Part shown: piece after piece, positions 30,438 to 40,723 of the stretch
Numbering within the stretch: position 1 is the first letter of the stretch
How the letters are laid out: each line of letters opens with the position of its first letter
NCBI GenBank assembly: GCA_000004985.1
Contig: GG738854.1
Direction: 5' to 3' (one strand)
Length of the DNA: 64,000 nucleotides
From: Naegleria gruberi
Taxonomy: Eukaryota
Made by a program: the position numbers and the translations under genes
Notes under the pieces: model-generated
What the model was told of the DNA's origin: nothing
The model's database searches: none
The model's input: only the letters and a program-made list of their open reading frames with translations

Positions 30438-33287
30438 TTAATGTTGAATTTCAATATAGCAATGAGATCTACCTACCTTATAAATTAACTCTCTTCCCTC
30501 TCCAGTTCTATCACCAATTGTCTTAATTAACAAGACAGTTATTGGATTCTTTCCAGTAATTGTTGCTTTTTTATCTTGCACAGAAGTTCTGGTCTTCCAT
30601 TTTCTTCTCTCCACGATAAGCTGCATAAACACAACAAATCCACTCGTCAATAATACGTAGCAATAATCAAAAAGGAAATACAAGGTACCATGTGTACCCA
30701 ATATAGTCAATTTCAAACTTGTTCTCCAATTTGGTATATCTATCATACCCACTACAAAAGTTGAAATTCCAATTAATAAACTCAAGGAAGTAACTATTAG
30801 GAATTCTGATCTGTAACATAGAGGGTCATCATAATCACTAAAGTACGTTTGAAATCCACAAGAAAGCTCTTCCATTTTCCTTGTTTTCGATAGGACCTTA
30901 CTCATGTATGTGGAAATATTACTATCACCAAAATTGAAAATTCTCTTACAAAAGTCATAGAATAACCATTTCCTGTTAATAAACAAATCAAAAGACAATG
31001 CAATAAATCCTGGAAGTACAAATCCAACAATCAATGCTGCCAGTTTCACATAGCCTATAATAGAGACAACCACTGAGAATGTATCTCCAGAACTAGAATT
31101 GAGTATCCATAAAAAGAATGGTGTTGGTAAATTTACAATAATGATTAGACTGATAATAGCCGACAGGTAAATTCTCTTAGATGCCAACTTGGATAAAAAC
31201 CTCATTTGCATAGTTTTCCTCTTGTAGTTTGATACGAGTCCTTCGTCGTTAAATTCTCCAACTGATATTACTGTATCTTCCATCTTGTCTACAATTCTAA
31301 TAACTCTATATAAATTACGAACAAATGTGTATCTTATCAACGATACCAAATAGAGCATAGCAAGTGTTAAATAATATGAATATTCAATAGCATCATAATT
31401 AAATACTGAATAGATATCGCTGATAACTCCCAACGCATTGAAAATTACACTAATGACAGCACTGATCATGGCTGTGTGAAGTCTACTTTTGACAGGTTGC
31501 TTTTGTCTGTAAATGAAGAGAAATCCTACTACAAGTAATGAAAAAATTCCAACAATGGTATGTCTTACTGCTCTTATGTAATAGTAAATTTGAAACATTG
31601 ATGTTTGATAGATTTGAACGTAGTAATCACAATCTTCATCATAATAATCAACAGAAAAATCTACTTCATGAGCTAAATAATAGGATTGAAGAGAGTCCTT
31701 ATTCATATAGGAATTGAGAAAATCTTGCTGACCTTGCATGGTAGTATTTTTGTATCCTGCGTTAACTATTGGCATGAAATAAATAAAATATTTGTGATCT
31801 GTTGTGTTGTTATTATCCTCAGAGAATGTACGAGTGTTGGGTAAATTCTTTGGTCTGACAATTGAATTCAGTCTCTTTTCAAAGTAAATATATGTTCCTC
31901 CTGTATAGGGCGTTACGTCGTGTATTTGATAGACACAAAACTTGGAATATTCACTATAGGTACCATTCAAATTCACTCTTTCACCAACTGCAGTTGGAGA
32001 AAGAGCCATATTAACATCATCATTACAAGTTGGATAATGATCATAATTTTTCACTGTCGTAATTGTTCCTGTATATTTTCTCAGATAGGGGTTTGAACTG
32101 TTATCATAGCCCACATAAAAAGAAGGAAATCCATCTCCATAAACAGCATGAAAAGTTGCTTGTGGTTGATTCATAAAATCCAAAACCTTAATCTTTCTAT
32201 TATCCTTAATATTCTTATCGAAAAAGTATCGATACTGAACCCCCTTTTCGTCTGGTTTCGATGTCTGCAAGTTATTATATATCTTATCAAACCCTGCATC
32301 AGCTGTAATACCTTTAGAAAATCCAAAAAGCTTGAAATTTCCTGCACTAATAGACAAATTTGCCTCTCCAATAATGATTCTCATTCTAACTACAGGATTC
32401 ACATTTGGATTCTGAAACCTTGAACTCTGCGTATCATTGAAGAGGGGATAATAATTCTGAAAGGTATGATTGGATATGAATTTCCATTGTAAAATAGCTC
32501 GTCCCTTCTTATCACCATCAAGTGGCAACACTCGACAATGGGTAAATTTCTCCGATATTGTATTAATTGATAGTGTTGTTCCATTATTCCCATAAGTGAG
32601 TGCATCACCCTTTGTTAAATTCCAAAACTTTTCCACTAAATTATTCCTCCGAAATTCATTCAATAATTCCAATGATGATGGTGATGATGGCAATAATTGA
32701 AAGACACTAATTACTATCGGAAGAGAAATAATCATGAGCAAAAGCAGTCTTAGTACTTTCTCCTTTCCAAAGCACGTTTGTGCCAGCAAGCCAAGTTGTT
32801 CCGTCTTCACAAGCTTTGGAAGCAGCTTACTGTGAAACGCTTCATCATCACAATTTTCTCGACTTGTTATTACTTTATCCACAATTCTACCTTCCTCCAC
32901 ACCATCATCATCAACACCATTATTATCATTCTTTATTTCCGTCCGTTCAAAACAAACATCATCCTCATCGCCATTATTCTTATAATTATAATTCTTATCA
33001 TCGTAATTATTATTACTATTTTTCTTCAATAACAATTCCAAGCTATTATCAAGAGTATTGCCATGAATATTATAACATTTCCCAAAGTTTTGATTTTTTA
33101 CGGATTGAATATCTTCCTCATCATGGTTGAGATGATGAATTGGATAATGATGATGATGAGATCGAATGATGTGAATCATGTTGTTCAGAAGTATCACGAT
33201 AAATGGAGGAAAAAAGTTCACGATAGAATGGTACTGAGAGGATTCTTTGAACCAACTGCTGGTTATTGTCGAGTTGTTGTTGTTCAT
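30438..33287 (-). CDS. Large multi-pass membrane glycoprotein, 7-TM receptor-like with large N-glycosylated ectodomain
   Basis: 949-aa ORF with ATG at 33287. Signal/anchor LRLLLLMIISLPIVISVFQLL. Ectodomain of about 450 aa with many NxS/T. At least 7 hydrophobic helices in the C-terminal 380 aa. Confidence 0.45.
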   Translation of the reverse strand: MNNNNSTITSSWFKESSQYHSIVNFFPPFIVILLNNMIHIIRSHHHHYPIHHLNHDEEDIQSVKNQNFGKCYNIHGNTLDNSLELLLKKNSNNNYDDKNYNYKNNGDEDDVCFERTEIKNDNNGVDDDGVEEGRIVDKVITSRENCDDEAFHSKLLPKLVKTEQLGLLAQTCFGKEKVLRLLLLMIISLPIVISVFQLLPSSPSSLELLNEFRRNNLVEKFWNLTKGDALTYGNNGTTLSINTISEKFTHCRVLPLDGDKKGRAILQWKFISNHTFQNYYPLFNDTQSSRFQNPNVNPVVRMRIIIGEANLSISAGNFKLFGFSKGITADAGFDKIYNNLQTSKPDEKGVQYRYFFDKNIKDNRKIKVLDFMNQPQATFHAVYGDGFPSFYVGYDNSSNPYLRKYTGTITTVKNYDHYPTCNDDVNMALSPTAVGERVNLNGTYSEYSKFCVYQIHDVTPYTGGTYIYFEKRLNSIVRPKNLPNTRTFSEDNNNTTDHKYFIYFMPIVNAGYKNTTMQGQQDFLNSYMNKDSLQSYYLAHEVDFSVDYYDEDCDYYVQIYQTSMFQIYYYIRAVRHTIVGIFSLLVVGFLFIYRQKQPVKSRLHTAMISAVISVIFNALGVISDIYSVFNYDAIEYSYYLTLAMLYLVSLIRYTFVRNLYRVIRIVDKMEDTVISVGEFNDEGLVSNYKRKTMQMRFLSKLASKRIYLSAIISLIIIVNLPTPFFLWILNSSSGDTFSVVVSIIGYVKLAALIVGFVLPGFIALSFDLFINRKWLFYDFCKRIFNFGDSNISTYMSKVLSKTRKMEELSCGFQTYFSDYDDPLCYRSEFLIVTSLSLLIGISTFVVGMIDIPNWRTSLKLTILGTHGTLYFLFDYCYVLLTSGFVVFMQLIVERRKWKTRTSVQDKKATITGKNPITVLLIKTIGDRTGEGRELIYKVGRSHCYIEIQH

Positions 33288-33493
33288 TCCTTGAAGTGAT
33301 CATCATTGTGGGGATGATTGGTGGTGGTGTGGAAGAGAGGATGATTCGAATGGTGAGATTTGTTGTTATGATCATCCTCGTGCTCGTGATGCAAGTCGTT
33401 TCTAACTTGCATTTTTTTATTGTGGTATCTCTGGAAAGTTGTGTTGGCATTTGACAGGAGTACTTTTCCGCAGCAAATTCAACAATGTTTTAT

Positions 33494-36107
33494 TTACATG
33501 ACAAGACAATTTCTATCTGATGAATTATTCATCTTTTTACCTAAACTCTTGTTTCCAGAAGATGAAGGTTTCTGGTGATGTCTATTGACATTGGCATGTA
33601 CAGGTGCATTTGGATTGTGTGATCCGCCAAGAATGGATTTTATCACTTGTACATCATCCTCATCATACTCATCAACCAAATGTTGTCTTTCACCATCTTC
33701 CAGTAAGCTATCATAAGCATCCTTTTGTTCTTTCATGTATTGGAATACTTTCTGTTCATTGTCTTGTTGTTTGGATCTGGCAAGAGTGAATTCTTCATGG
33801 ACTATGGTGATGGTTTCGATCAAGTTTTGATCTAATTCAGCTTCCAATTGCTCTTGTGTGTAATTTGTAAAGTTTCTGGCAATGAGATGGATACAACATT
33901 TTTTGACAATTTCAGCTTGACACATTTCAGCAACTTGACACATTTGTAAAACGTTGGAAGGTTGAAGATAGAGGACAATCTTTCTCTCTGCTGCAAGTTT
34001 GAGTGTATCAATGTTAAATCTGGTAGCCAGTTCAAGGAGAGGTACACTTTGCTCAGCAGTCAACTCATTATCATTGATATTTCCACCTGTGTAAATGTGT
34101 TTCAATAGAATTTCGAATGAATCTCTGGTGGTGCTGTCGAGGTGAATAACCTTTTGGAAACTTTCACTGAATTGACCAATGGAGAACATGGCTCTGAAAT
34201 ATTCCAATCTGGCACATAAAATACAACGATGTGATCTGATAAATGTTCCATCATCCAATGAAAAACTCACGTCTGAGAGGAAGGAGAAGATGGTATCAGC
34301 TGCTGGGTCATTAAGTCCTGAACTTTCTCTCATTGCCAATTTGTACAAATTTTCAAAATCTCTGGTATAATCACTCAGCTCTCCAAGAAGACTGCTTGAT
34401 CCCTTGACTTTTTCATGGATCATTTCTTTGGAAACCACCTCAATCATTGTAGCTAGATCCTTCTTATTCTCATCAGATATATCCTCTTTTTTTAACAATT
34501 CTGTCAAAATTTTGGTAGCTGCTTGTGTATTGTTAATATGTTCATTAATGATGAGAAGCATTCGTTCATTCTTTGCTGAACGACCAGTTGCATTGGTATA
34601 AATGAAATTCAATAGTTCATCCAATTCTTCTTGACTTTCAACAAAATCCAGGGTAATTACTCTTTCAATGTGTGATGTATCTGTGACCTTGAATTTTGAT
34701 GATTGATTATTATTCGATTCCAAATATTCCTTAATCAATAAACTTGTAAATAAAGGACTACGGGCACTAAGAATGGCAGCATGGCAAACAGCTTCATGTC
34801 CATTCTTTGATTTGAGAATACAATCAGCATAGTATTGAGTTTCTTTCAAAAGTTTGGTATAACTTGCTGTGAAACTCATACCAGTCACTAAAAACATATT
34901 GTAACCACCAACAAAAACATCACCAATATAAGTTTCAGCAATGGAACCGACTGGAGTTGGATCATTAACATATTTACCGTGACCATGCCCCAAATTAAAG
35001 TGCAAATTGTGTCCCCAAGAGTAGACATTTCCATCATTGGTCAAGACAATAAATGAACTGTATGATGAGGCAATCTTTTTGATATTTCCTTTTGAAATTG
35101 GAATGCTCACCATTGTGGGGTTCATAATTTCACTGTTTGCATCACTGAGATGATCATTCTTTTCAGTTTTTGCTGTTTTAATTCTTCCCCAAACATAAAT
35201 ATTACCCAAATTATCCAAAGCCATTGTATGTCTCATTCCACAACTCACTTGAACCCAACGAGAACCACTCTCAGCATATGGATGTTTCACTTCAACAATT
35301 TTTTCCTCACTAATATGAGCACTACCGTCCTTAGTCACTTGGCCATCACTATTTTTACCATAGCCAAACAATTTTCCACTCTCAGTCAATACAAATCCAT
35401 GGTGAGTTCCACAATTCACACTGGCACAAACCTCTGAATCAATCAATGAATTTCTCACCATGACAGGTTTATGTCTATTCTCCAAACCCCAAGTGAATAA
35501 TCTTCCATCCTCACTCACAGCAGCCGAATGTCCTTCACCAGCTGCACAATCAACAATTCTATGCGAAAACAAGTATTGAATTGGTTCTGGTATTCCACAC
35601 AATGAAGACATTCCGTGCCCACATCCCATTCCAAAGCCGAAACTAAATAAAGTTCCATCACAAGTCAAAACGAGTGAATGTGTCTTTCCAGCACTTGCTT
35701 TCAATACACGATGATGTGCACTTGTACTGAATGGTTCTTTAACTTCGATCGGAAGTGTATAATTTAAAATATCAAGAGATTCAGGTTCACCTAAACCAAG
35801 AGCACCATATCTATTTCTTCCAACTATTCCATTTAGTTTAGAATAGTTTTTTATATGATTAATTATAAAAAGATCAAATGATCATTACACTACCTCCATA
35901 AAGATGTCCACTTGTAGTAACAATCAGAGAATGCCACAAACCCACCGAAATAGACTGAATATCGAGAGACGAAAGTTGTGGAGATTCCACCAATGTCGTC
36001 TGAGTTTTATAAGTATCAAGTGCTAAACCACCAAATCCTCCGAAACCAACTTGCTACTGTTGGAAATGTATTTCTATTAGAAACTTACCAGCAAGAGTTG
36101 CAGACAT
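33494..36107 (-). CDS. RCC1-repeat plus tandem BTB/POZ protein (RCBTB-like), at least 3 exons about join(33494..35823,35894..36037,36089..36107)
   Basis: RCC1 repeats GLWHSLIVTTSGHLYGVGRNRYGALGLGEPE and HSLVLTCDGTLFSFGFG. Two BTB cores GHEAVCHAAILSARSPLFTSLL and RSHRCILCARLEYFRAMF. Micro-exon 1 ATGTCTGCAACTCTTGCTG|GTAAGT. Exon 2/3 junction GGAG|GTAGTG..AATGGAATAG|TT in phase 1. The exon-2 acceptor is ambiguous; the intron is 51 or 67 nt. Confidence 0.65.
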
Positions 36108-36366
36108 TTTTTTAGATGTTGATAACAAGTGAGAACTCGAATCATCATAATTGTTGGGAACAACAGAACTTGTTTACAATACTTTTTAATATTGCATGAC
36201 ATGTTTAATTTGATTGCAACATAACCTTTAATATTAAATTTTAAAAGCCAAGTTGACCATACTTTGAATCCACCAAGATTCTTCTAGCTCACTGAAAGAG
36301 TTAGAGAAAGAGTGAACCACAAATGGCACGCACAAAATCCAGGAACGAAACTAGCAGTAATAAAAA

Positions 36367-37205
36367 ATGTCGTTATCTGATGATTCTTTCACAAAGACAA
36401 AGAGAAAATACTCCGATTATGAAAAAGATTATAAAGAAGAAGATGATGCTGATGATGAATTAATTTATGATCGTTTTGATAAGAAACGTAAAGGTGAAGA
36501 AGAATTAATTGTCGGAATGAAAACAATGTTAAATGTTCAACCTGATGAGGTGATTTTCTTACTCCGAAGGCAACAATTGGTATTTCGAGTGTTTCTCATC
36601 AATTTAGAAGAGTTTGGAAAGAAACTCCGAATGGAATTGTTTACAATATGATTATTCAATTGAACTATTCCTTTAAGAAACGTTCCTGTTCCTTGGATGA
36701 TAGAATTCAAGTGGCCAATTTTTCCAAATCGGCAATAATAGGAGCTTTCATTCAGGGAGAATCATCAGAAAAGATTCTTTCAAAGACAGAACGTTTTGTT
36801 GATGAATTAAGCAAAATTAAGGATAAATCTGAAAATTTCACAAATGCCATTTCAAGAATTGACAGATTTGATTATGGACAAGATGACAAAATGTATTATG
36901 GAGCTTCCCTTCGTAGAGCTGCTGGTTTTGAAATATCCTTTGGTAAACTTGGAGTATTGAGATATTGGCAATGGAAAGAAAGAGATGAGGAATTTGGAGA
37001 TTCCACAGTATTTGCTAAATTATCCAAAAAATTGGAAACTTTGAATTTGACAGAGGAAGAATGGGATGTTATCATTGAAAATTCGATTGGATATTTGGAG
37101 GAAGAACAAGTGGAAATTTGTTTTTATGAATTTCAGTATGAAGAGGAGATGGGAGATTCAATTTTTATGGATAATGAATTGGTACCATCACTGCCTTGTG
37201 ATTAA
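36367..37205 (+). pseudogene. F-box-like family member A of a tandem triplet; frameshifted within the F-box-like region
   Basis: ORFs 36367..36651 and 36648..37205 are in different frames. Against paralogs B and C, the region PDEIIEQIFDFIPNRYSAIRVSGVSQQFRRVWK is present but carries a net 4-nt deletion: PDEVIF then frame change, GISSVSHQFRRVWKETPNGIVYNMIIQLNYSF in the other frame. Confidence 0.5.
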
Positions 37206-37248
37206 ATTCTATGATTGGCTGTCAGCTTTCAATTTTACAATAAAAAAA

Positions 37249-38091
37249 ATGTCAGCACAAGAAAGTGAAGAAACATCAAACTCATGCTACTCTTCAGATG
37301 ATGAAGAACAGAGTCAGGGAACAAAGAGAAAGCTTGATGATGATGATTTTATTTCCAAAAACAAGAAACAAAAACAAACAATTATTGGAGTGCAAACTCT
37401 CGGACAAATGCCAGACGAAATTATTGAACAAATATTCGATTTTATTCCGAACAGATATTCGGCAATTCGTGTTTCTGGTGTTTCTCAACAATTTAGAAGA
37501 GTTTGGAAGAAGACTACTTTTGGAATCGTTTACAATATGATTATTGAACTAAACTATTCTTTTGTGAAACATTCGTATTCTTTGGATAAACAAATTGGAA
37601 TTGGCCGAATTGTTAAAGAAGAGATCAATCAACTGTTTGCTGAAAAAGAAGATGAAAAGCAAGATTTATTTTATGAACAACAGGCTGATCTTTTAATTGA
37701 AGAATTGAGGAAAAAAGAAAACATGTCAGAAAACTTTACAAAAGCACTTTCAGAGATTACAAGATTTGATTATGGAGAAGAGAGGGATGTGCCTAATGGA
37801 GTATGTATGGGAGTGAGTAAGGGAATGGAGATTGAATTTGGAGATCTAGGGATGATTAGATTTTGGAAATGGGATCAAATCTATGTTAAACATGGAGACT
37901 CTATAGAATCTGGCATAATGTCGGAAAGTTTACTTGATTTGAATTTGACAGAGGAGGAATGGAATATCATTATTGAAACTGCAGGTAGTAAAGCAGATCT
38001 GTGGCTTAGATATAAAAACTTTGAGCACCACAATGAAGTGGGCTCAATATTTGAGGATCATTTGTTAGAAATTTCAAGTGAGCTTTGGTGA
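37249..38091 (+). CDS. F-box-like family member B (280 aa)
   Basis: ATG at 37249 (AAAAAAAATGTCAGCA). MPDEIIEQIFDFIPNRYSAIRVSGVSQQFRRVWKK. Conserved C-terminal region shared with A and C (NLTEEEWD..II). Confidence 0.6.
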   Translation: MSAQESEETSNSCYSSDDEEQSQGTKRKLDDDDFISKNKKQKQTIIGVQTLGQMPDEIIEQIFDFIPNRYSAIRVSGVSQQFRRVWKKTTFGIVYNMIIELNYSFVKHSYSLDKQIGIGRIVKEEINQLFAEKEDEKQDLFYEQQADLLIEELRKKENMSENFTKALSEITRFDYGEERDVPNGVCMGVSKGMEIEFGDLGMIRFWKWDQIYVKHGDSIESGIMSESLLDLNLTEEEWNIIIETAGSKADLWLRYKNFEHHNEVGSIFEDHLLEISSELW

Positions 38092-38257
38092 TGATGGAAC
38101 ATAAATTGAGTTTAGAATATTCAAATATTGCTAGAAATAATTATTTTCTGTTCAATAAACCCAGTATCAGTTATACTAAAGTACTTCATATCATGCCGCG
38201 GTATTATCTTTCGAATAATTTCACAGTTTACAAAATATTATTTTTTTTTTTAAAAAA

Positions 38258-39046
38258 ATGTCATCACAACAATCTAATATTATTGATGATAATCAATCCA
38301 CAATGAAAAAACATGACAAAAATAGCCAAATTTCTCACCACCACAAGAAAAATCTGGCAAGTCAACCTGAGGAAATTATTGAGCAAATATTCGAATTTAT
38401 ACCTAGAGATGAAATTATTCGTGTATCGGGAACTTGCCAGCAATTCAGGAGATTGTGGAAAGAAAGTCCTCATGGAATAGTTTTTAACATGATTATTCAA
38501 CTAAACTATTCCTTTCAGAAATATTCCTATTCTTTGAATGATGAAATTGAATTGGGAATATATACAAAGGAAACAATTAGTAGAATGATTTGTAAGAAGG
38601 AAAAGGAAAGGCAACAGTTATTTAATCTTGAAAAGAAAGATCGATTGTTAACTAAATTAAGTGGAAAGGAAAATATTTCTGAAAATTTCAACAAGGCAAT
38701 TAAATTGATTACAAGATTTGATTATGAAGAAATAGAAAGAGAACACAATAATTCACCGTGTTATGCACGTGGATTTGAAATTGAATTTGGTCAACTTGGA
38801 ATGATGCAACTTTGGAAATGGAATTATTTAAGAGAAGACCACAGCGAATTATCAGCCAAAATGTCAGAAAAATTGAAATCATTGAATTTAACAGAAGATG
38901 AATGGGATTTCATTATCAAAATGGCATGTAACTATATTAATTTATCGAGGGTTGATTTGGATGATTTTTACTATCAAGAAATTCGCGAATCAATATTTAA
39001 GGACCATTATATTATGACCAAACCTATAATTTCTTTCAGGTTTTAA
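38258..39046 (+). CDS. F-box-like family member C (262 aa)
   Basis: ATG at 38258 (AAAAAAATGTCATCA). PEEIIEQIFEFIPRDEIIRVSGTCQQFRRLWKES. LNLTEDEWDFIIK. Confidence 0.6.
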   Translation: MSSQQSNIIDDNQSTMKKHDKNSQISHHHKKNLASQPEEIIEQIFEFIPRDEIIRVSGTCQQFRRLWKESPHGIVFNMIIQLNYSFQKYSYSLNDEIELGIYTKETISRMICKKEKERQQLFNLEKKDRLLTKLSGKENISENFNKAIKLITRFDYEEIEREHNNSPCYARGFEIEFGQLGMMQLWKWNYLREDHSELSAKMSEKLKSLNLTEDEWDFIIKMACNYINLSRVDLDDFYYQEIRESIFKDHYIMTKPIISFRF

Positions 39047-39213
39047 AAGTGTTGATTTCAAATTATAAAATAAAAACTGAATGTATTTAGTTAAAGCAGG
39101 TTTGAAACACTTTCGTATGTGATTTTAATTTTGTTGGTGTTATCTTGTAAATCAAAATTACAGGCTAAGGAACTAATTCAATAAAATAGCATTGCAACAA
39201 AATTAAAATCACA

Positions 39214-39284
39214 GGGGGCGAGGGGGAATCGAACCCCCGGCCACAGCTTTGGAGGCTGCGATGTTACCATTACACCACCGCCCC
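39214..39284 (-). tRNA. tRNA-Trp (anticodon CCA)
   Basis: Reverse complement GGGGCGGTGGTGTAATGGTAACATCGCAGCCTCCAAAGCTGTGGCCGGGGGTTCGATTCCCCCTCGCCCC. Anticodon loop CTCCAAA. T-loop TTCGATT. Confidence 0.8.
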
Positions 39285-39841
39285 TTGTGTGATAATATTG
39301 TTTTTGGCATTCAATATAACCTGATTGAGCATCAATAATAATGCTTTATTCCCTATCTCTTATTTCTCTTACTAAAAGTCAATATCGTTACTACATGAGG
39401 AAAGCAGCAGAAGCCTTTCTCTTTGTTGATGAAGTAATTCCCTTTTCTGTTTGTTGAGCTACTCTTGTTGTTTTGTTCTTCTTATCGAAACATGACCTAT
39501 CAGTGCGAACACTGTTTTCGTCATTCAACTCCATTTCGCTCCACAAGGACAGTAATCGAGGATTAACCACATCAGCAAGTGTTTGAACATGACTAAAACG
39601 TTTCTCCCAACCATTCAACTTGACTTTAACCTTGAGCAAATTTCTCAAGTTGCAAAGGCAATTAAATCCACCTCCTCCACATTTTCAAAAGCATGATCTG
39701 ATCCCTTGCCGATACTCCGAACGTCCCCTGTTTGCCAAAATCTTCAACAACCTTTCCAAAGTCAAATTCTTCGACAGGGTACATCTTCAAGGAAAGATCT
39801 TTTTTTTTCTTTTAAAAGCCAACTTGCAGGTTTAAGAATAT

Positions 39842-40444
39842 TTGGTTTCGTTTACAACAAGATATCCACCAATGAAAATCTACAAACAAAAAAAAATGGC
39901 AACAAGCAAAAATCAACTTGTTTTAACCATGAGCGATTATTATGATTGCCCATTGCATGGAGTGGCCAATCTCTTCGATCAGCCACACATTTACGAGAAA
40001 CATGGAACAATCGATAACGATTTTGAACCCTTTTATTATTTGAAACCAATTTATGATACAAATTTTCTCAAATTACTATTGGAAGATTGGGATATATGGG
40101 TGAGATATTATGATACAATGATTCGGAATGAACTTGGACCCAAAGATTTGCATCCCTGTTTAGCCATTGATCAGGAAAGAAGTAAACAAGTGGAAGAATT
40201 ATTAAAGAAATATTCGTATAATATTTCTACTGAGGAAGTTGATCAAGTGATTAAGGCATATGGAGAATTTACACCGAAAACAAAGGTGAGAGGAGTTGCA
40301 AAGCCGGATACGGTTAATTGGAGTAATATTGAGTATGGAGCTAATTATTCAGTATTAAATTTTCTTTCGGATACGAGAGGAGTGATAAAAAGGGATAAAT
40401 TGACTGATGTGACATTTGAATTCAAGTATTCTGAAGATGAATAA
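39842..40444 (+). CDS. Hypothetical protein (200-aa ORF; likely start at ATG 39896)
   Basis: ATG at 39896 has context CAAAAAAAAATGGCAAC. No recognisable domain. Confidence 0.45.
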   Translation: MVSFTTRYPPMKIYKQKKMATSKNQLVLTMSDYYDCPLHGVANLFDQPHIYEKHGTIDNDFEPFYYLKPIYDTNFLKLLLEDWDIWVRYYDTMIRNELGPKDLHPCLAIDQERSKQVEELLKKYSYNISTEEVDQVIKAYGEFTPKTKVRGVAKPDTVNWSNIEYGANYSVLNFLSDTRGVIKRDKLTDVTFEFKYSEDE

Positions 40445-40723
40445 AAAGGATTTAGGAAATATCAATTTGATCAGTAAGAATAAGCTAATCTCCTCAATTA
40501 GCTCACTATTAGAATCTAGTTGAAACTCAACTTATCTTCATCAATATTTTCTTCTATTAAAGAAGAACTAATTTTTCACATTAATAAGGAAGATAACATT
40601 AATTACAAGATTTTTATGATATTATCGTGATTTTCTTAAACCAAGAAAGAAAACAAGAAGAAAACCAAAGAATACATTTCGAGTTCTAAAAAGATCCAAT
40701 CTATCTCACATCACATAAAAAAA

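Noticed and set aside
32148-33454. Short ORFs on both strands within and just upstream of the 7-TM gene (32148..32423, 32778..33130, 33121..33450 and others)
   Set aside because: Antisense or alternative frames of an H/N/I-rich low-complexity coding region. Compositionally driven.
39391-39648. 85-aa minus-strand ORF next to tRNA-Trp
   Set aside because: Short, K/R-rich, no start context or domain. Overlaps small plus-strand ORFs of similar quality. Could be real, but unsupported.
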